NCBI GenBank assembly: GCA_977017645.1
Contig: OZ360247.1
Span: forward strand, 17,732,001 to 17,796,000
Direction: 5' to 3'
From: Torpedo marmorata
Taxonomy: Eukaryota
Length of the DNA: 64,000 nucleotides
In this document: positions 50,150-62,651 of the stretch, in pieces
How the letters are laid out: each line of letters begins with the position of its first letter
Position numbering within the stretch: position 1 is the stretch's first letter
Notes under the pieces: model-generated
What the model saw: only the letters and a program-made list of their open reading frames with translations
What the model was told of the DNA's origin: nothing
Databases searched by the model: none
Position numbers and translations under genes: made by a program

Positions 50150-50745
50150 AATCAAAATATCAGTATAGGATTTGGGATGTTATGGTAAAGTTGTACAAGA
50201 CATTGGTGAGGCCAAATTTGGAGCATTGTGTACAGTTTTGGTCACCTAACTACAGGAAAGATATCAATAAGATTGAAAGAGTGCAGAGAAGATTTACTAG
50301 ATGTTGCCCGGGCTTCAGGAACTGAATTACAGGGAAAGGCTAAACCGGTTAGGACTTTATTCCCTGGAGCGTAGAAGAATGAGGGGAGATTTGATAGAGG
50401 TATTTAAAATTATGAGGGGTATAGACAGAGTAAATGTAGGTAGGCTTTTTCCACTGAGGGTAGGTGAGATACAAACTGGAGGACATCGGTTAAGGGTGAA
50501 AGGGGAACATGAGGGGGAACTTCTTCACACAGAGAGTGGTGGGAGTGTGGAACGAGCTGCCTGCTGAAGTGTTGAATGCGGTCTCAATTTTTACATTTAA
50601 GAACAATTTGGACAGGTACATGGATGGGAGAGGTATGGAGGGCTATGGACTGGGTGCAGATCAGTGGGACTAGGCAGAAAAATAGTTTGGCACAGGCTAG
50701 AAGGGCCAAAGGGCCTGTTTCTGTGCTGTAATGTTCTATGGTTCT
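50150..50745 (+). mobile_element. CR1 LINE 3' fragment
   Basis: LYKTLVRPNLEHCVQFWSP and SLERRRMRGDLIEVFK; TTCTATGGTTCTA tail. Confidence 0.93.
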
Positions 50746-51215
50746 AACATCCTGGTGTCAGGCATGCACACATGCTGGCCTGCTCGTTGGTGCTGGCTAA
50801 GTATAATTTAGGCCGTGATACTGCAGATGCTGACCTGGAAGAGAACACTGTTGTGTGATGGCAAATAAGATGGAGATGGCACTGTTGAATTGCCCTGCTT
50901 GGGAGCTAGCACATAATGCTTCTGTAATGTAAAAAGCAGTTAATCCACCTTCTCAGGTGGACATAAGCATTCCCACAGCACTATTTGCAGAGGACAAGAA
51001 AGTTTGGAAATGATGGTGATCAACACAAGAAACAGAACATCCAGCTGCTGCTTTTGGGAGCCTGCTCTGTACAAATTTGACCACATACAACAGTGATACT
51101 CAGCGGCACAACGACAGCTTCTTCCCCTCTGCCATCAGATTTCTGAATGAACAATGAACCACAGATACCTCTTCACTTTGTTTTTTTCTATTTTATTTAT
51201 TTGAAATGTGGTTTA

Positions 51216-54200
51216 AAAAAAATTTTTTTTAAATATTTTATTTTAAAAATTTTAAATCACACAATACACAGTTTAAAATGCAAAATTATCAGATTACATG
51301 TGATACATTTTCACCCTCCCCTCCCTCCCTCCCTAACCCTCCCGAAAAAAAGAAAGAAGGAAGATAAAGATAAAGTAAGGAGAATGTCACTCTAAACAAA
51401 ACTACTGTAAACTAGTTTTATAGTGGAACACAGGTTCGCCAGTCAGATCCAATATCTGGAGTTCTTCAAATCCTTAAACCGACAGTTTTTATATATGGGC
51501 TCCATATTTTCAAAAAGAAATGATATTTATCACGTAAATTATAAGTGATTTTTTCAAGTGGTATACATGAACGCAATTCAGCATGCCATCTTTCTAACCC
51601 TAAATCTACATCCGATTTCCATGTAATGGCAATACATTTCTTAGAAACAGCTAAAGCAATATGTAAAAATTCTGTTTGATACATATTTAATTTCATTTTA
51701 ACACTAGTTCCTTTAATATCTCCAAACAAAAATATCATAGGATCCATTGGGAGTGTAATTCTTAATACTTTATCTAAAAACTTTTTAACCTTCAACCAAA
51801 AATCATACACTTTTGGACAAAACCATGTAGAATGTACAAAAGAACCTTCCTCACTATTACATCTAAAACATAAACCAGATAATGTCGGATTAAATTTCTT
51901 TAGTCTTTTAGGTGTTAAATATAATTGATGGAAAAAATTATATTGCACCGATCTATATCTAACATTAATAATCTTCGTCATACTATGTTTACATAATTTT
52001 TTCAAGTGTTCTTCATCTATTGTTACACTCAAATCTGTTTCCCAATTTAATCTTGATTTGTGAATTCCTGGTTTAGGCAATTTCCTCTGTAACAATCTAT
52101 ACATTTGAGAAATAAATTTAGAAACGCCTCCATTAGTAACTAATAATTCCAATTCAGTCTGCCTTGGTAAAATCAAACTATGGCCCAACCTTTCAACTAA
52201 AAATGCTCTGATTTGATAGTAAGCAAAGATTGTATTATTTGCTACATTAAACTTATCTTTCATTCTTTGAAAAGTAATAAATTTACCAGCTTCAAAACAA
52301 TCATTTATTTCCTTAATTCCCTTTTGGAACCAAATTTTAAATAATTGATTATCAACAGTAAATGGGATAAGTTTATTTTGGTACAGAGGCATTCTTCGAG
52401 AAATTGACCCTTTCGCTCCTATTTCTCTATCCACTCTATTCCATATTTCTAACAAATGTCTAAAAATAGGAGAATTTTTCCCTCCAGTTAATAATAATTT
52501 AGAATTCCATTTATAAATGACTTCTTCTTTCAAATCCTCTCCTATATTATTTAATTCTATTCTAATCCAAGCAGAGAGTTTCCCTAAATGAAACAATTCG
52601 TTAATAAAGTTTAGTTGTGCTGCTTTATAGTAATATTGAAAATTAGGAAACTGTAGACCACCCATTTCATAATTCCAGTTTAATTTCTCCATACCTACTC
52701 TAGCCAACTTTCCTTTCCACAAAAATTTCCTAATAATTAAATTTAAATCTTTAAAAAATTTCTGAGGAATTTCATAAGGAATTGATTGAAAAAGATATTG
52801 AATTCTCGAAAAAACATTCATTTTAATACAATTTACCCTTCCCATTAGAGTTATAGGTAAATCCTTCCAACTCTCCAGATCTTTTTTTATATTCCCAAAT
52901 AATGGTAAATAGTTTAATTTATGCAAATTAGTTAATTTTGTATCAATCTTTATTCCCAAATATTTAATTCCTTCCTTTGACCATTTAAATTGTGTAATTT
53001 CTTTACATTTACTATAATCCCCTTGTGTTAAAGGCATAATTTCACTTTTATCCTAATTAATCTTATAACCAGATATTTCCCCATATTCTTTCAATAAAAC
53101 AGACAATTGCATTAAAGAATTAATAGGTTTTGTCATATATATCAATACGTCATCTGCAAATAAACTAATTTTGTGTTCTTCATTACCAACTTTAATACCT
53201 GCAATCTTAATATCTTGTCTAATTAATTCAGCTAAAGGTTCTATTGCTAAAATAAACAATGCTGGCGATAAAGGACAACCTTGTCTAGTAGACCTAGTTA
53301 AGGAAAATTTTGAAGATATTTGTCCATTTGTGACCACTCTAGCAGAAGGTTCTTTATATATAGTTTTAATCCAATTAATAAATGTATTTCCAAAACCAAA
53401 TTTTTCCAGTACCTAAAATAAATAATTCCACTCTAATCTATCAAAAGCCTTTTCGGCATCTAATGTTAATACTAATGCCAGTTCCTCTCTTTTTTGTGCC
53501 ACGTTTATTAAACTAATTAATCTAGCGATATTATCTTTTGAATATCTGTTCTTAATAAAGCCTGCTTGATCTACATGAACTAAATCTGGTAAATACTTAG
53601 CCACTCTATTTGCTAAAATTTTCGCCATTATTTTATAGTCCACATTTAACAACGATATTGGTCTATATGATTCTGTTTTCAACAAGTCTCTATCTTTTTT
53701 CGGTATAACTGTTATTATTGCGTTTGAGAAGGTTTCCGGTAGAGAATGAGTTTCCGTTATTTATTTTAACACTTATATAAGGAGGTATCAATAAGTCCTT
53801 AAATTTCTTATAAAATTCTGATGGGAAACCATCCTCCCCCGGAGATTTCCCACTTGTTAAAGAGCTAAGAACCTCATTAACTTCCCTCATCGTAAATGGT
53901 GAATCTAAAGATTCTTTACTAAGTGTATTTAACCTAGGCATCTTAATTTTGGATAAAAATTTGTTAATTTTAGAATCATCTTTATCGACTTGAGATGTAT
54001 ATAAATTCAAATAAAAATCCTTGAAAAAATCATTTATTTCTCGCGGTTTATAAGTTATTTTCTTAGAATTCATTTTTATAACCGTTATAGTTCTAGAGGT
54101 TTGTTCTTTCTTTAATTGCCAGGCTAAAACTTTATGAGCTCTTTCTCCCAATTCATAATACCTTTGCTTGGTTCTTTCAATGAGTTTTTCCAATTTATAC

Positions 54201-57123
54201 GTTTGTAACGTATTATAATATAATTTTTTCTCAATTAAATTTTTCTTCTTTTCTTCTGATCTCTTTTTTTGTAAATCCTTCTCCAAAAACTCAATCTCCT
54301 TCTCCAAATTATCCAATTCCTGAATATTTTCCTTCTTAATTTTTGCTGAATAACATATTATCTGACCTCTTAAATAAGCTTTCAAAGCATCCCAAATAAT
54401 AAATTTATTCTCAATGGAATCAGAGTTAATCTGTAAGAATTCTTGGATTTCTCTTCTTATATATTTACAAAAATCCACTCTTTTTAGTAAAGAAGAATTA
54501 AACCTCCATCTATATATAATTTTTTCTTTTTCCGGAATTATGCATGACATTAATAAAGGCGAATGGTCAGAAATTAATCTTGCCTTATATTGTGCTTGAG
54601 TCACCCTATCTTGTAATTGCGATGACAGTAAAAACATGTCTATTCTAGAATAAGAACCATGTCTAGAAGAATAAAAAGAATAGTCTTTTTCTCTCGGATT
54701 CAACTTCCTCCAAATATCAATTAAATTCAAATCTTTCATCATAGTAAGAATTCTTTTAGCAGTTTTAGTTCTAATGATTAATTTGGATGTTTTATCCATT
54801 GCTGGGTCTAAACAACAATTAAAATCTCCACCAATTAAAATATTATCGTTTGCTTCTGACAAATGCATAAAGGAATCTTGAATAAATTGTTCATCTTGCG
54901 TATTTGGCACGTATATATTCATAAGAGTCCACATTTCTGAATATATCTGACAGTTTATTAAGACATATCTTCCTGACACATCAGTAACCACCGATTGTAT
55001 TTTAAAGGGTAACTTCTTATTAATTAGTATAGCAACACCTTTAGCCTTAGAATTAATGAAGATGCTACCACTTGACCAACCCATTCTCTTTTCAATTTCT
55101 GATGTTCTAAATCAGTCAAATGTGTCTCTTGTAATAAAGCTATGTCTACATTTAGCTTTTTGATGTATGCTAAAGTTTTCTTCCTTTTAATCGGATTATT
55201 GAGCTCATTTATATTAATACTGACTACATTTATTAATTTACCGTCCGCCATTGCTGATATTTAATAACTCTCTCTCCATCGGATCTGCCAGCTCCCCCCT
55301 CCACATCTGTAAACTATTTGCCATCTCCTTAGAAAGAAAAAGAGAAAAGGATATAAAAAGAGAATAGAGATCTAAAGAACCCACTATATATAATACTGGT
55401 ATATTTACACCAGTACTACCACCCTCCATTGCTCGGGAAGTGGCGTGCGCCACTAAAATGGCGCGCGACTAGGTACGAAGAAGACAAAAAGTCCACCTCC
55501 CCCATACAGATTTCCAACAAAATTTGTTATCGCTTCTTCATCCAGCAACTTCAAGATCTCTATTAACTTGATCCTCATCGATTACGACCCCATTTTCTTG
55601 TTCCAAAACTCTTGGTGAGAGCAATTCTTGAGCCGGTAAGATGACTTGATATCGCCCCGAAAAATCTTGATCTTTCTTTAATTCCGGAAGTAAATTTGCA
55701 TGCTGTAGAGCCTCTTGAGGGTCAGTGAAGAAAAGTGACTGATTCTCTGCAGATTGAACTTTCAATATCGCAGGATATCTAAATGAAAATTTATATCCTT
55801 TACCCCACAAAACCGCTTTTGCCGGGTTAAATTCTTTCCGTTTTTTTATAATTACCGAACTCAAATCAGCATAAAAAAACACCCTATTTTTATCGATTAT
55901 CAATGGACCATTATGAATTCTTGCCTTTTGAACAGCCAATTTCAATATTTTTTCTTTATCCTGATATCTAAGGCATCTAATTAGAATTGAACGTGGTCTT
56001 TGACCAGGATATGGTTTTCTCCTGCTATCTCTATGAGCTCTATCCAGTTCAAGTCCATCTGGAAAATGATCCATTCCCAAAGTCTGCAGAATCCAGTTTT
56101 GAAAAAATATTGTTGGATTTGTCCCTTCAAAATCTTCGGGCAGTCCCACAATTTTAACATTGTTTCTCCGACTCTGATTTTCCAATACATCTATTTTTTG
56201 TAAAAGTTCATTCTTTTGTAGCTCCCAACCTGTGAATGAATCTTCCACTTTATCCACTCTATCCTTATAGTCCACCATTTCCTCGTAATGTTCCTTAACA
56301 TTCTCTTCAATTTTTTGAACCCTCAGTAGTACTTTATCCACAATATTTGAATGCTTTTTCATATCTTGTTTAACAGCTTTTATTTCTTCCTTGACCTCTT
56401 TAAATCCATGCTGCATACGTTGATTCAGTAATGAAACTTGTTTTGTTAATTTGTCCATAGCTTCAATAAGAGTCATTGATAATTCTTGTTTACCTTGAAG
56501 CATTGGAGCCTCCTCTTCTCCACTTATTTCTTCTTGCTCCTCTCCCTCCATCTCTTGTATTCCTCCTTCCAATTCTTGATATCTTTCTTCCTCTCTTCTC
56601 TTTTCTTCTGAATCTGTAGACGACGATAATTCCTGTTCAGCTTCATAGCAGTACATTTGAGAAGTTTTTCTTCTACTGTCAGCTGTAGCTGACAGTTCGC
56701 GATCTTTATCGCGCATGCGCGTCATTTCGCGCATGCGCAAACATTCCGCCGGAAGTTGTAGTCCTTTAACCTTTCTTCGAGCACCAGCGCCATTTTCCCC
56801 AGCTCTCCGGGAGGATGGCGCTGGTGCTGCAGTTACCTTCACCGTCCTCGTCTGCATCTTCCTCGGGGGGAGAGGAGCTTGATCCCGAGGCTCCATCATT
56901 AAGGTAGGCCGGTCTTCCTCCTGAATTAAACTCTCTTTAAACTCCATTTTCTTTGACTTTTGCTCTTTTGTTTTCCTAGTAGACATTCCTGAATCGTTCA
57001 TAAGCTGCTTAACTTTTTTTTAAATAACTATAAGTCTCTTTTATTCGGGTTTTAATTCATTCTGCTGGGAGAGGTGTAATTTCACGTCTCCACCCTACGT
57101 CATCACGCCACGCCACGCCCCCC
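51216..57123 (-). mobile_element. Full-length L1-clade LINE in SP2 intron 2 (intact 487-aa ORF1; ORF2 with few lesions)
   Basis: ORF1 55538-57001; ORF2 pieces 55251-51466 with EN, RT and CCHC. 17-bp TSD ATTTGAAATGTGGTTTA (51199-51215 / 57124-57140). Inserted in a Rex1 3' fragment. Confidence 0.97.
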
Positions 57124-57333
57124 ATTTGAAATGTGGTTTATAGAAATGTTTGCACTGTAATGCTGATGCACAGCAACAAATTTCGTGACATGTTCATGAC
57201 AATAAATTCTGATTCTGATGATGTTTTTCAGATTATGCATTGAATTTATTAACCTGTCGTGATGTAATTGAAAGGCTCTGTAAAAGTTTCTAAAGTTTCT
57301 CCTTTCTCTCTTGTGTTTTTGGCTGTGGTCCAG

Positions 57334-58642
57334 GATTCGCAGCCCTCCCCACTTGCTCTCCTGGCAGCTACCTGCAGCAAGATCGGCCCCCCGGCTGCAG
57401 AGACCGGCTCGTCACCCTCCCCAGTGGCAGTGCAGGTGGTCACCAAGAAGCTGCCACTCTTGAAGCCAGCCCCAGCACCCAACGGACAAAATGGTGGCAA
57501 CCTCAGCTTCATCACAGCCAATGGAAAAGTCTTCCAACTCCAGGGGTCGCAGGTGGGCAGTGCGGCCGTTAGCCCCCCCAACTCAGGACAGTTGGTGCTC
57601 GCCATCCAGAACCAAGCAGTGGTCAGCAAAGGTTCGCGACCTGGAGTTCAGTACCAGGTGCTCCCCCAGGTACAGACGCTTGGGGGCCAGTCCATTCAAA
57701 TCGCCAATGTCCAGCAGAACGTGGCGAGTCAAATCCAGATCATTCCAGGAACCAACCAAGCCTTCGTCACCTCCACGCCGGTGAGCAGTGCGCCAAAGGT
57801 GTGCCCCCAGACGATGCAGGTGAAGTCTGCCGCCTCCCTCCCTGTGCAGGTGCAGAGGGTGGGGGGCTCGACTCTCCAGACCCAGGGCAACGTTATCAAA
57901 CTGGCAGGCGGGGGCAACATGGCACTGTCCTTGCCCATGAGCAACCTGGTCGGTGCCGGTGACGGCACCCCCATACAGTTGACCGGCGACGCCGTTTGCG
58001 GCAGCAGCGTGACGAAAATCGGCAAGCGGTCGCGGAGGAAATCTGCAAACCCCTCGGCGATGGCGGAAACAGTGACCTTCGTGGATGCCTCATCGGGCAA
58101 CGTCATTCAGTCGGGGACCAACATGTTGTTGCTACAGAGCCCTGGTTCCAGTGTCCTGCAGGTGGTTCAGCAGAAGCAGGAGCAGCCGTTGCAGAGCATT
58201 CCGCAGCAGGCCATCCGCGTGGTGCAGGCAGCGTCCATGAGCGGCCACACCCTTCCCACCGTCCCTCAGAAATCCCCACAGAACTTCCAGGTCCAGACCA
58301 GCGAGCACAACTCCACCCCCGTCATCATCAGGACCCATTCCGTCTCCTCCCCAGGACAGGTGAACTGGCAGGCCTTGCCCGTGAAGAACACCTCCACACT
58401 CCAGCAAGCGTCTAGCCCCACGGGGGCAAGCGCTTTGCCACGGATCGCCCCGGCAGGAGGCGGGAAGAGATCCACCACAAGTTCAATGATCCGGAAGGGG
58501 AATGCCTTGCCGAGGATAGCTCCAGCAGGAGGAGCCATTAACCTGAACGCTGCACAGTTTGCCTCTGGCCAGTCGATCCAGACCATCAGCATCAATGGAC
58601 TACAGGTGCCTGGAGTTCCAGTGACTGTCACCAATGCTGCAG
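57334..58642 (+). CDS. SP2: SP2 exon 3 (Sp box + Q/S/T-rich activation region)
   Basis: ccag|GAT...GCA G|gtgaga, 1309 bp. Sp box SPLALLAATCSKIG (57346-57387); Sp2-like IPQQAIRVVQAAS, LPRIAPAG and QTISING.QV.GVPVTVTN. Confidence 0.95.
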
Positions 58643-58744
58643 GTGAGAGATAACCCAAAGCCTCCTTCCACCATAACCTACATGTCCGTTGTGAGCTGGG
58701 ATGCGCTGCCTGAAAGTCAATGGAAGGAGATTCAGTGGGAATGT

Positions 58745-59110
58745 TAGATCATAGAATCGTACAGCTCAGAAACAGGCCCTTCAACCCATCATGTCCATAC
58801 CCACCGTGTTACTTGTCTACACTAATCCTATTTGCCTGTATCCCTCTACGTCTTTCCTATTGTAAGTACCCGTCCACATGCCTTTTAAGCATTGTAATTT
58901 TACCTGCCTCTACAGCCTCACTGACAGCTTGTTCCATATTACCACCATCCTCTGTGTTGATAAACTCGTCCCTAACATCTCCTTTAAACTTATCCCTCTC
59001 ACCTTAAACCTGTGCCCTCTAGTTGTGATTCCTCTGCTCTGGTAAAAAGACTCTGTTTACCCTATCTATGCCCTTGATAATTTTATAAAGCTCTATAAGG
59101 TCACCCCTCA
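58745..59110 (-). mobile_element. CR1 3' fragment (degenerate)
   Basis: CATAGAATCGTACAG tail and typical CR1 3' region. Confidence 0.75.
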
Positions 59111-59117
59111 GTCAGCT

Positions 59118-61130
59118 CGTTGGTCCTGGACACTCCCTTCCCTCGGTGGTCCTGGACACTCCCTTCCCTCGGTGGTCCTGGACACTCCCTTCCCTCGGTG
59201 GTCCTGGACACTCCCTTCCCTCGGTGGTCCTGGACACTCCCTCACTCCTTTCCCTCGGTGGTCCTGGACACTCCCTCATTCCCTTCCCTCGGTGGTCCTG
59301 GACACTCCCTCACTCCCTTCCCTCGGTGGTCCTGGACACTCCCTCACTTCCTTCCCTCGGTGGTCCTGGACACACCCTTCCCTCGGTGGTCCTGGACACT
59401 CCCTCACTCCCCTCGGTGGTCCTGGACACTCCCTCACTCCCTTCCCTCGTTGGTCCTGGACACTCCCTTCCCTCGGTGGTCCTGGACACTCCCTCACTCC
59501 CTTCCCTCGTTGGTCCTGGACACTCCCTTCCCTCGGTGGTCCTGGACACTTCCTCACTCCCTTCCCTCGTTGGTCCTGGACACTCCCTTCCCTCGGTGGT
59601 CCTGGACACTCCCTCACTCCCTTCCCTCGGTGGTCCTGGACACTCCCTTCCCTCGGTGGTCCTGGACACTCCCTTCCCTCGGTGGTCCTGGACACTCCCT
59701 CACTCCCGTCCCTCGGTGGTCCTGGACACTCCCTCACTCCCGTCCCTCGGTGGTCCTGGACACTCCCTCACTCCCGTCCCTCGGTGGTCCTGGACACTCC
59801 CTCACTCCCGTCCCTCGGTGGTCCTGGACACTCCCTCACTCCCTTCCCTCGGTGGTCCTGGACACTCCCTCACTCCCGTCCCTTAGAGGCCCTGGACACT
59901 CCCTCAGTCCCGTCCCTCGGTTGTCCTGGACACTCCCTCACTCCCTTCCCTCGGTGGTCCTGGACACTCCCTCACTCCCTTCCCTCGGAGGCCCTGGACA
60001 CTCCCTCAGTCCCGTCCCTTGGTGGTCCTGGACACTCCCTCACTCCCTTCCCTCGGAGGCCCTGGACACTCCCTCACTCCCGTCCCTCGGTGGTCCTGGA
60101 CACTCCCTCACTCCCGTCCCTCGGTGGTCCTGGACACTCCCTCAGTCCCGTCCCTTGGTGGTCCTGGACACTCCCTCAGTCCCTTCCCTCGGTGGTCCTG
60201 GACACTCCCTCACTCCCTTCCCTCGGTGGTCCTGGACACTCCCTCACTCCCTTCCTTCGGTGGTCCTGGACACTCCCGAACTCCCGTCCCTCGGAGGTCC
60301 TGGACACTCCCTCACTCCCGTCCCTCGGTGGTCCTGGACACTCCCTCACTCCCTTCCCTCGGTGGTCCTGGACACTCCCTCACTCCCGTCCCTCGGTGGT
60401 CCTGGACACCCCCTCAGTCCGTCCCTCGGTGGTCCTGGACACTCCCTCAGTCCCTTCCCTCGGTGGTCCTGGGCACTCCCTCAGTCCCTTCCCTCGGTGG
60501 TCCTGGACACTCCCTCAGTCCCTTCCCTCAGTGGTCCTGGACACTCCCTCAGTCCCTTCCCTCGGTGGTCCTGGGCACCCCCTCACTCCCGTCCCTCGGT
60601 GGTCCTGGGCACTCCCTCAGTCCCGTCCCTCGGTGGTCCTGGACACTTCCTCACTCCCGTCTCTCGGAGGTTCTGGACACTCCCTCACTCCCTTCCCTCG
60701 GTGGTCATGGACACTCCCTCACTCCCGTCCCTCGGTGGTCCTGGACACTCCCTCACTCCCTTCCCTCGGAGGTCATGGACACTCCCTCAATCCCTTCCCT
60801 TGGAGGTCCTGGACACTCCCTCACTCCCGTCCCTCGGTGGTCCTGGACACTCCCTCACTCCCTTCCCTCGGTCAGCCTGGGCACTCCCTCACTCCATTCC
60901 CTCGGTGTTCTTGGACACTCCCTCACTCCCTTTCCTCGGTCAGCCTGGGCACTCCCTCACTCCATTCCCTCGGTGGTCTTGGACACTCCCTCACTCCCTT
61001 TCCTCGGTCAGCCTGGACACTCCCTCACTCCATTCCCTCGGTGGTCCTGGGCACTCCCTCAGTCCCTTTTCTCGGTGGTCCTGGGCACTCCCTCAGTCTT
61101 CCCTCAGTGGTCCTGGGCACTCCCTCCGTG
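59118..61130. repeat. 26/34-bp C-rich minisatellite (GGTGGTCCTGGACACTCCCT[CACTCCCT]TCCCTC)n
   Basis: ~2-kb direct tandem array in SP2 intron 3. Confidence 0.97.
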
Positions 61131-61842
61131 TTGTCCCTCAGTTTGTGTAGGGTTTGTCTGAATATGCCAGTTGGTTCATGGAGCTTTTACCAGACAGTTG
61201 GAGGTGCAGACTGTGGGTTTCATTGCATTGCCCTTTGTGAGGCAGAATGAATGAATTGTCTCTGTTCTGTATCAATTTAAAATTCACAGAGCTTGTGCAA
61301 GGCAAGGGCTTAGTTTAACAAAACAATAGATTAATGGAGTAACAGTAGGAGGCCATTCAGTTCCTCGAGTCCATTCTGTTATTCAGTAAGTTCAAACTGA
61401 TTGTGAAATCATGTTCCTATATTTCCAGGTTTTGGATCCTTGACCTTGTAGTTCCTTACATGCAGCTGTGTCAAATTTCCTGTGTTCTCATCATATTGAG
61501 GCACTATTATAGCAACATTTTCTTCTTAAGTCAAAGTGGCAGTCTCTCACAGTTGTATAGCTCAGGGCGAAGACTGTTCTCAGAGAGAAGAGACCTGCAG
61601 GCACAGAGAACCGGCAAAGATTTCATCGGTGGGGGTCTGCATAAAACTTTGATTTTTTTTCATGCACACACAGTTATGCTCCTCCCAACTGTTCCTACCA
61701 AATGTGAAGGTGAATTGGATTGATGACAAGAAGTCATAGATATAACAGCATTGGCAAAGATCTCAAGTGAGATATGAATAAATGTTTTCACTCAGTCGTC
61801 AGGTTCTGGAACATGGTCCCCAAAAAGGTGATTAATTATTTT

Positions 61843-62080
61843 TATGTGAAACAAGAAAGTCTTCAGATGCTGTGATTGTAGCAAATACACAAAAGTGCTG
61901 GAGAAAGTTAGCAGGTCCCGCAGGGTCCAGAGGAAGCAAAGATATATAACCAACGTTTCTGGCCTGAGCCCTTTGTCAAGGTATGAGCAAAAGCAGGTAG
62001 GTGATTGAATAAAAAGATAGGTGGAGCAGAAAAGAAGGGGCAGGGGAGGAGCATAGGCCAACAGGCAAAAGGCCATAGAC
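61843..62080 (-). mobile_element. Penelope pLTR fragment with degenerate hammerhead motif
   Basis: Minus strand ATACCTTGACAAAGGGCTCAGGCCAGAAACGTTGGTTATA at 61944-61984. Confidence 0.75.
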
Positions 62081-62651
62081 GACTGCTGAAGGGAACCAAT
62101 TGATCTGACTCACCTTTCCGCAGCAGCTAGAGGTGTTTTTCCCATGGATAGGGAATGCCAAAAGAGGCTCTGCTTGGGTGGAAAATAGAGGGAGCGGAAT
62201 GGAATGTAGCTGAGAAAGTGAGCCTGTTGCTCATGTCGAATCAGTGAGACGGAAGAGTTTCTACTCCCACATGATTTTATTGTTTCTTTTAATGACATCC
62301 GATCTCAATTTTTGTAACACATTGATCTCTGTGTGAAGCAGATACAGGCTCTGGTTTATCATTTTCCTAACTTTTGTCATTTATATCTTGTTTACTTGTC
62401 TAGCATCATATTCCCAGACTAGTGAAGGAGCCGGAATGATGTGGGGGTGGGTGGAGGGGGGTTTAAATTTTACCCACTTCTTGGGTCAGGACCAGAGAAT
62501 AGATGAGGTGTAGTTAGCCTTTTTGGGAAGTTTCAAGGGAAGCTGTTCAAAAGCTGGTTGGTAGAGCCACTGTAAGTGGTACAGGTAAGTGTGTGGAATA
62601 CACACAGGAATGAGAATTCCAGAAGCTTGAAAAAGCTTGTAGGATTGAATA

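Noticed and set aside
57268-57333. N-terminus of the 461-aa ORF (MKGSVK...)
   Set aside because: This is an intronic polypyrimidine tract with a TTG start; the real exon begins at 57334.
59120-61250. 246-692-aa repetitive ORFs; CRISPR-like look of the array
   Set aside because: The tandem units have no unique spacers, there are no cas genes, and the context is a eukaryotic intron. The ORFs follow from a stop-free unit.
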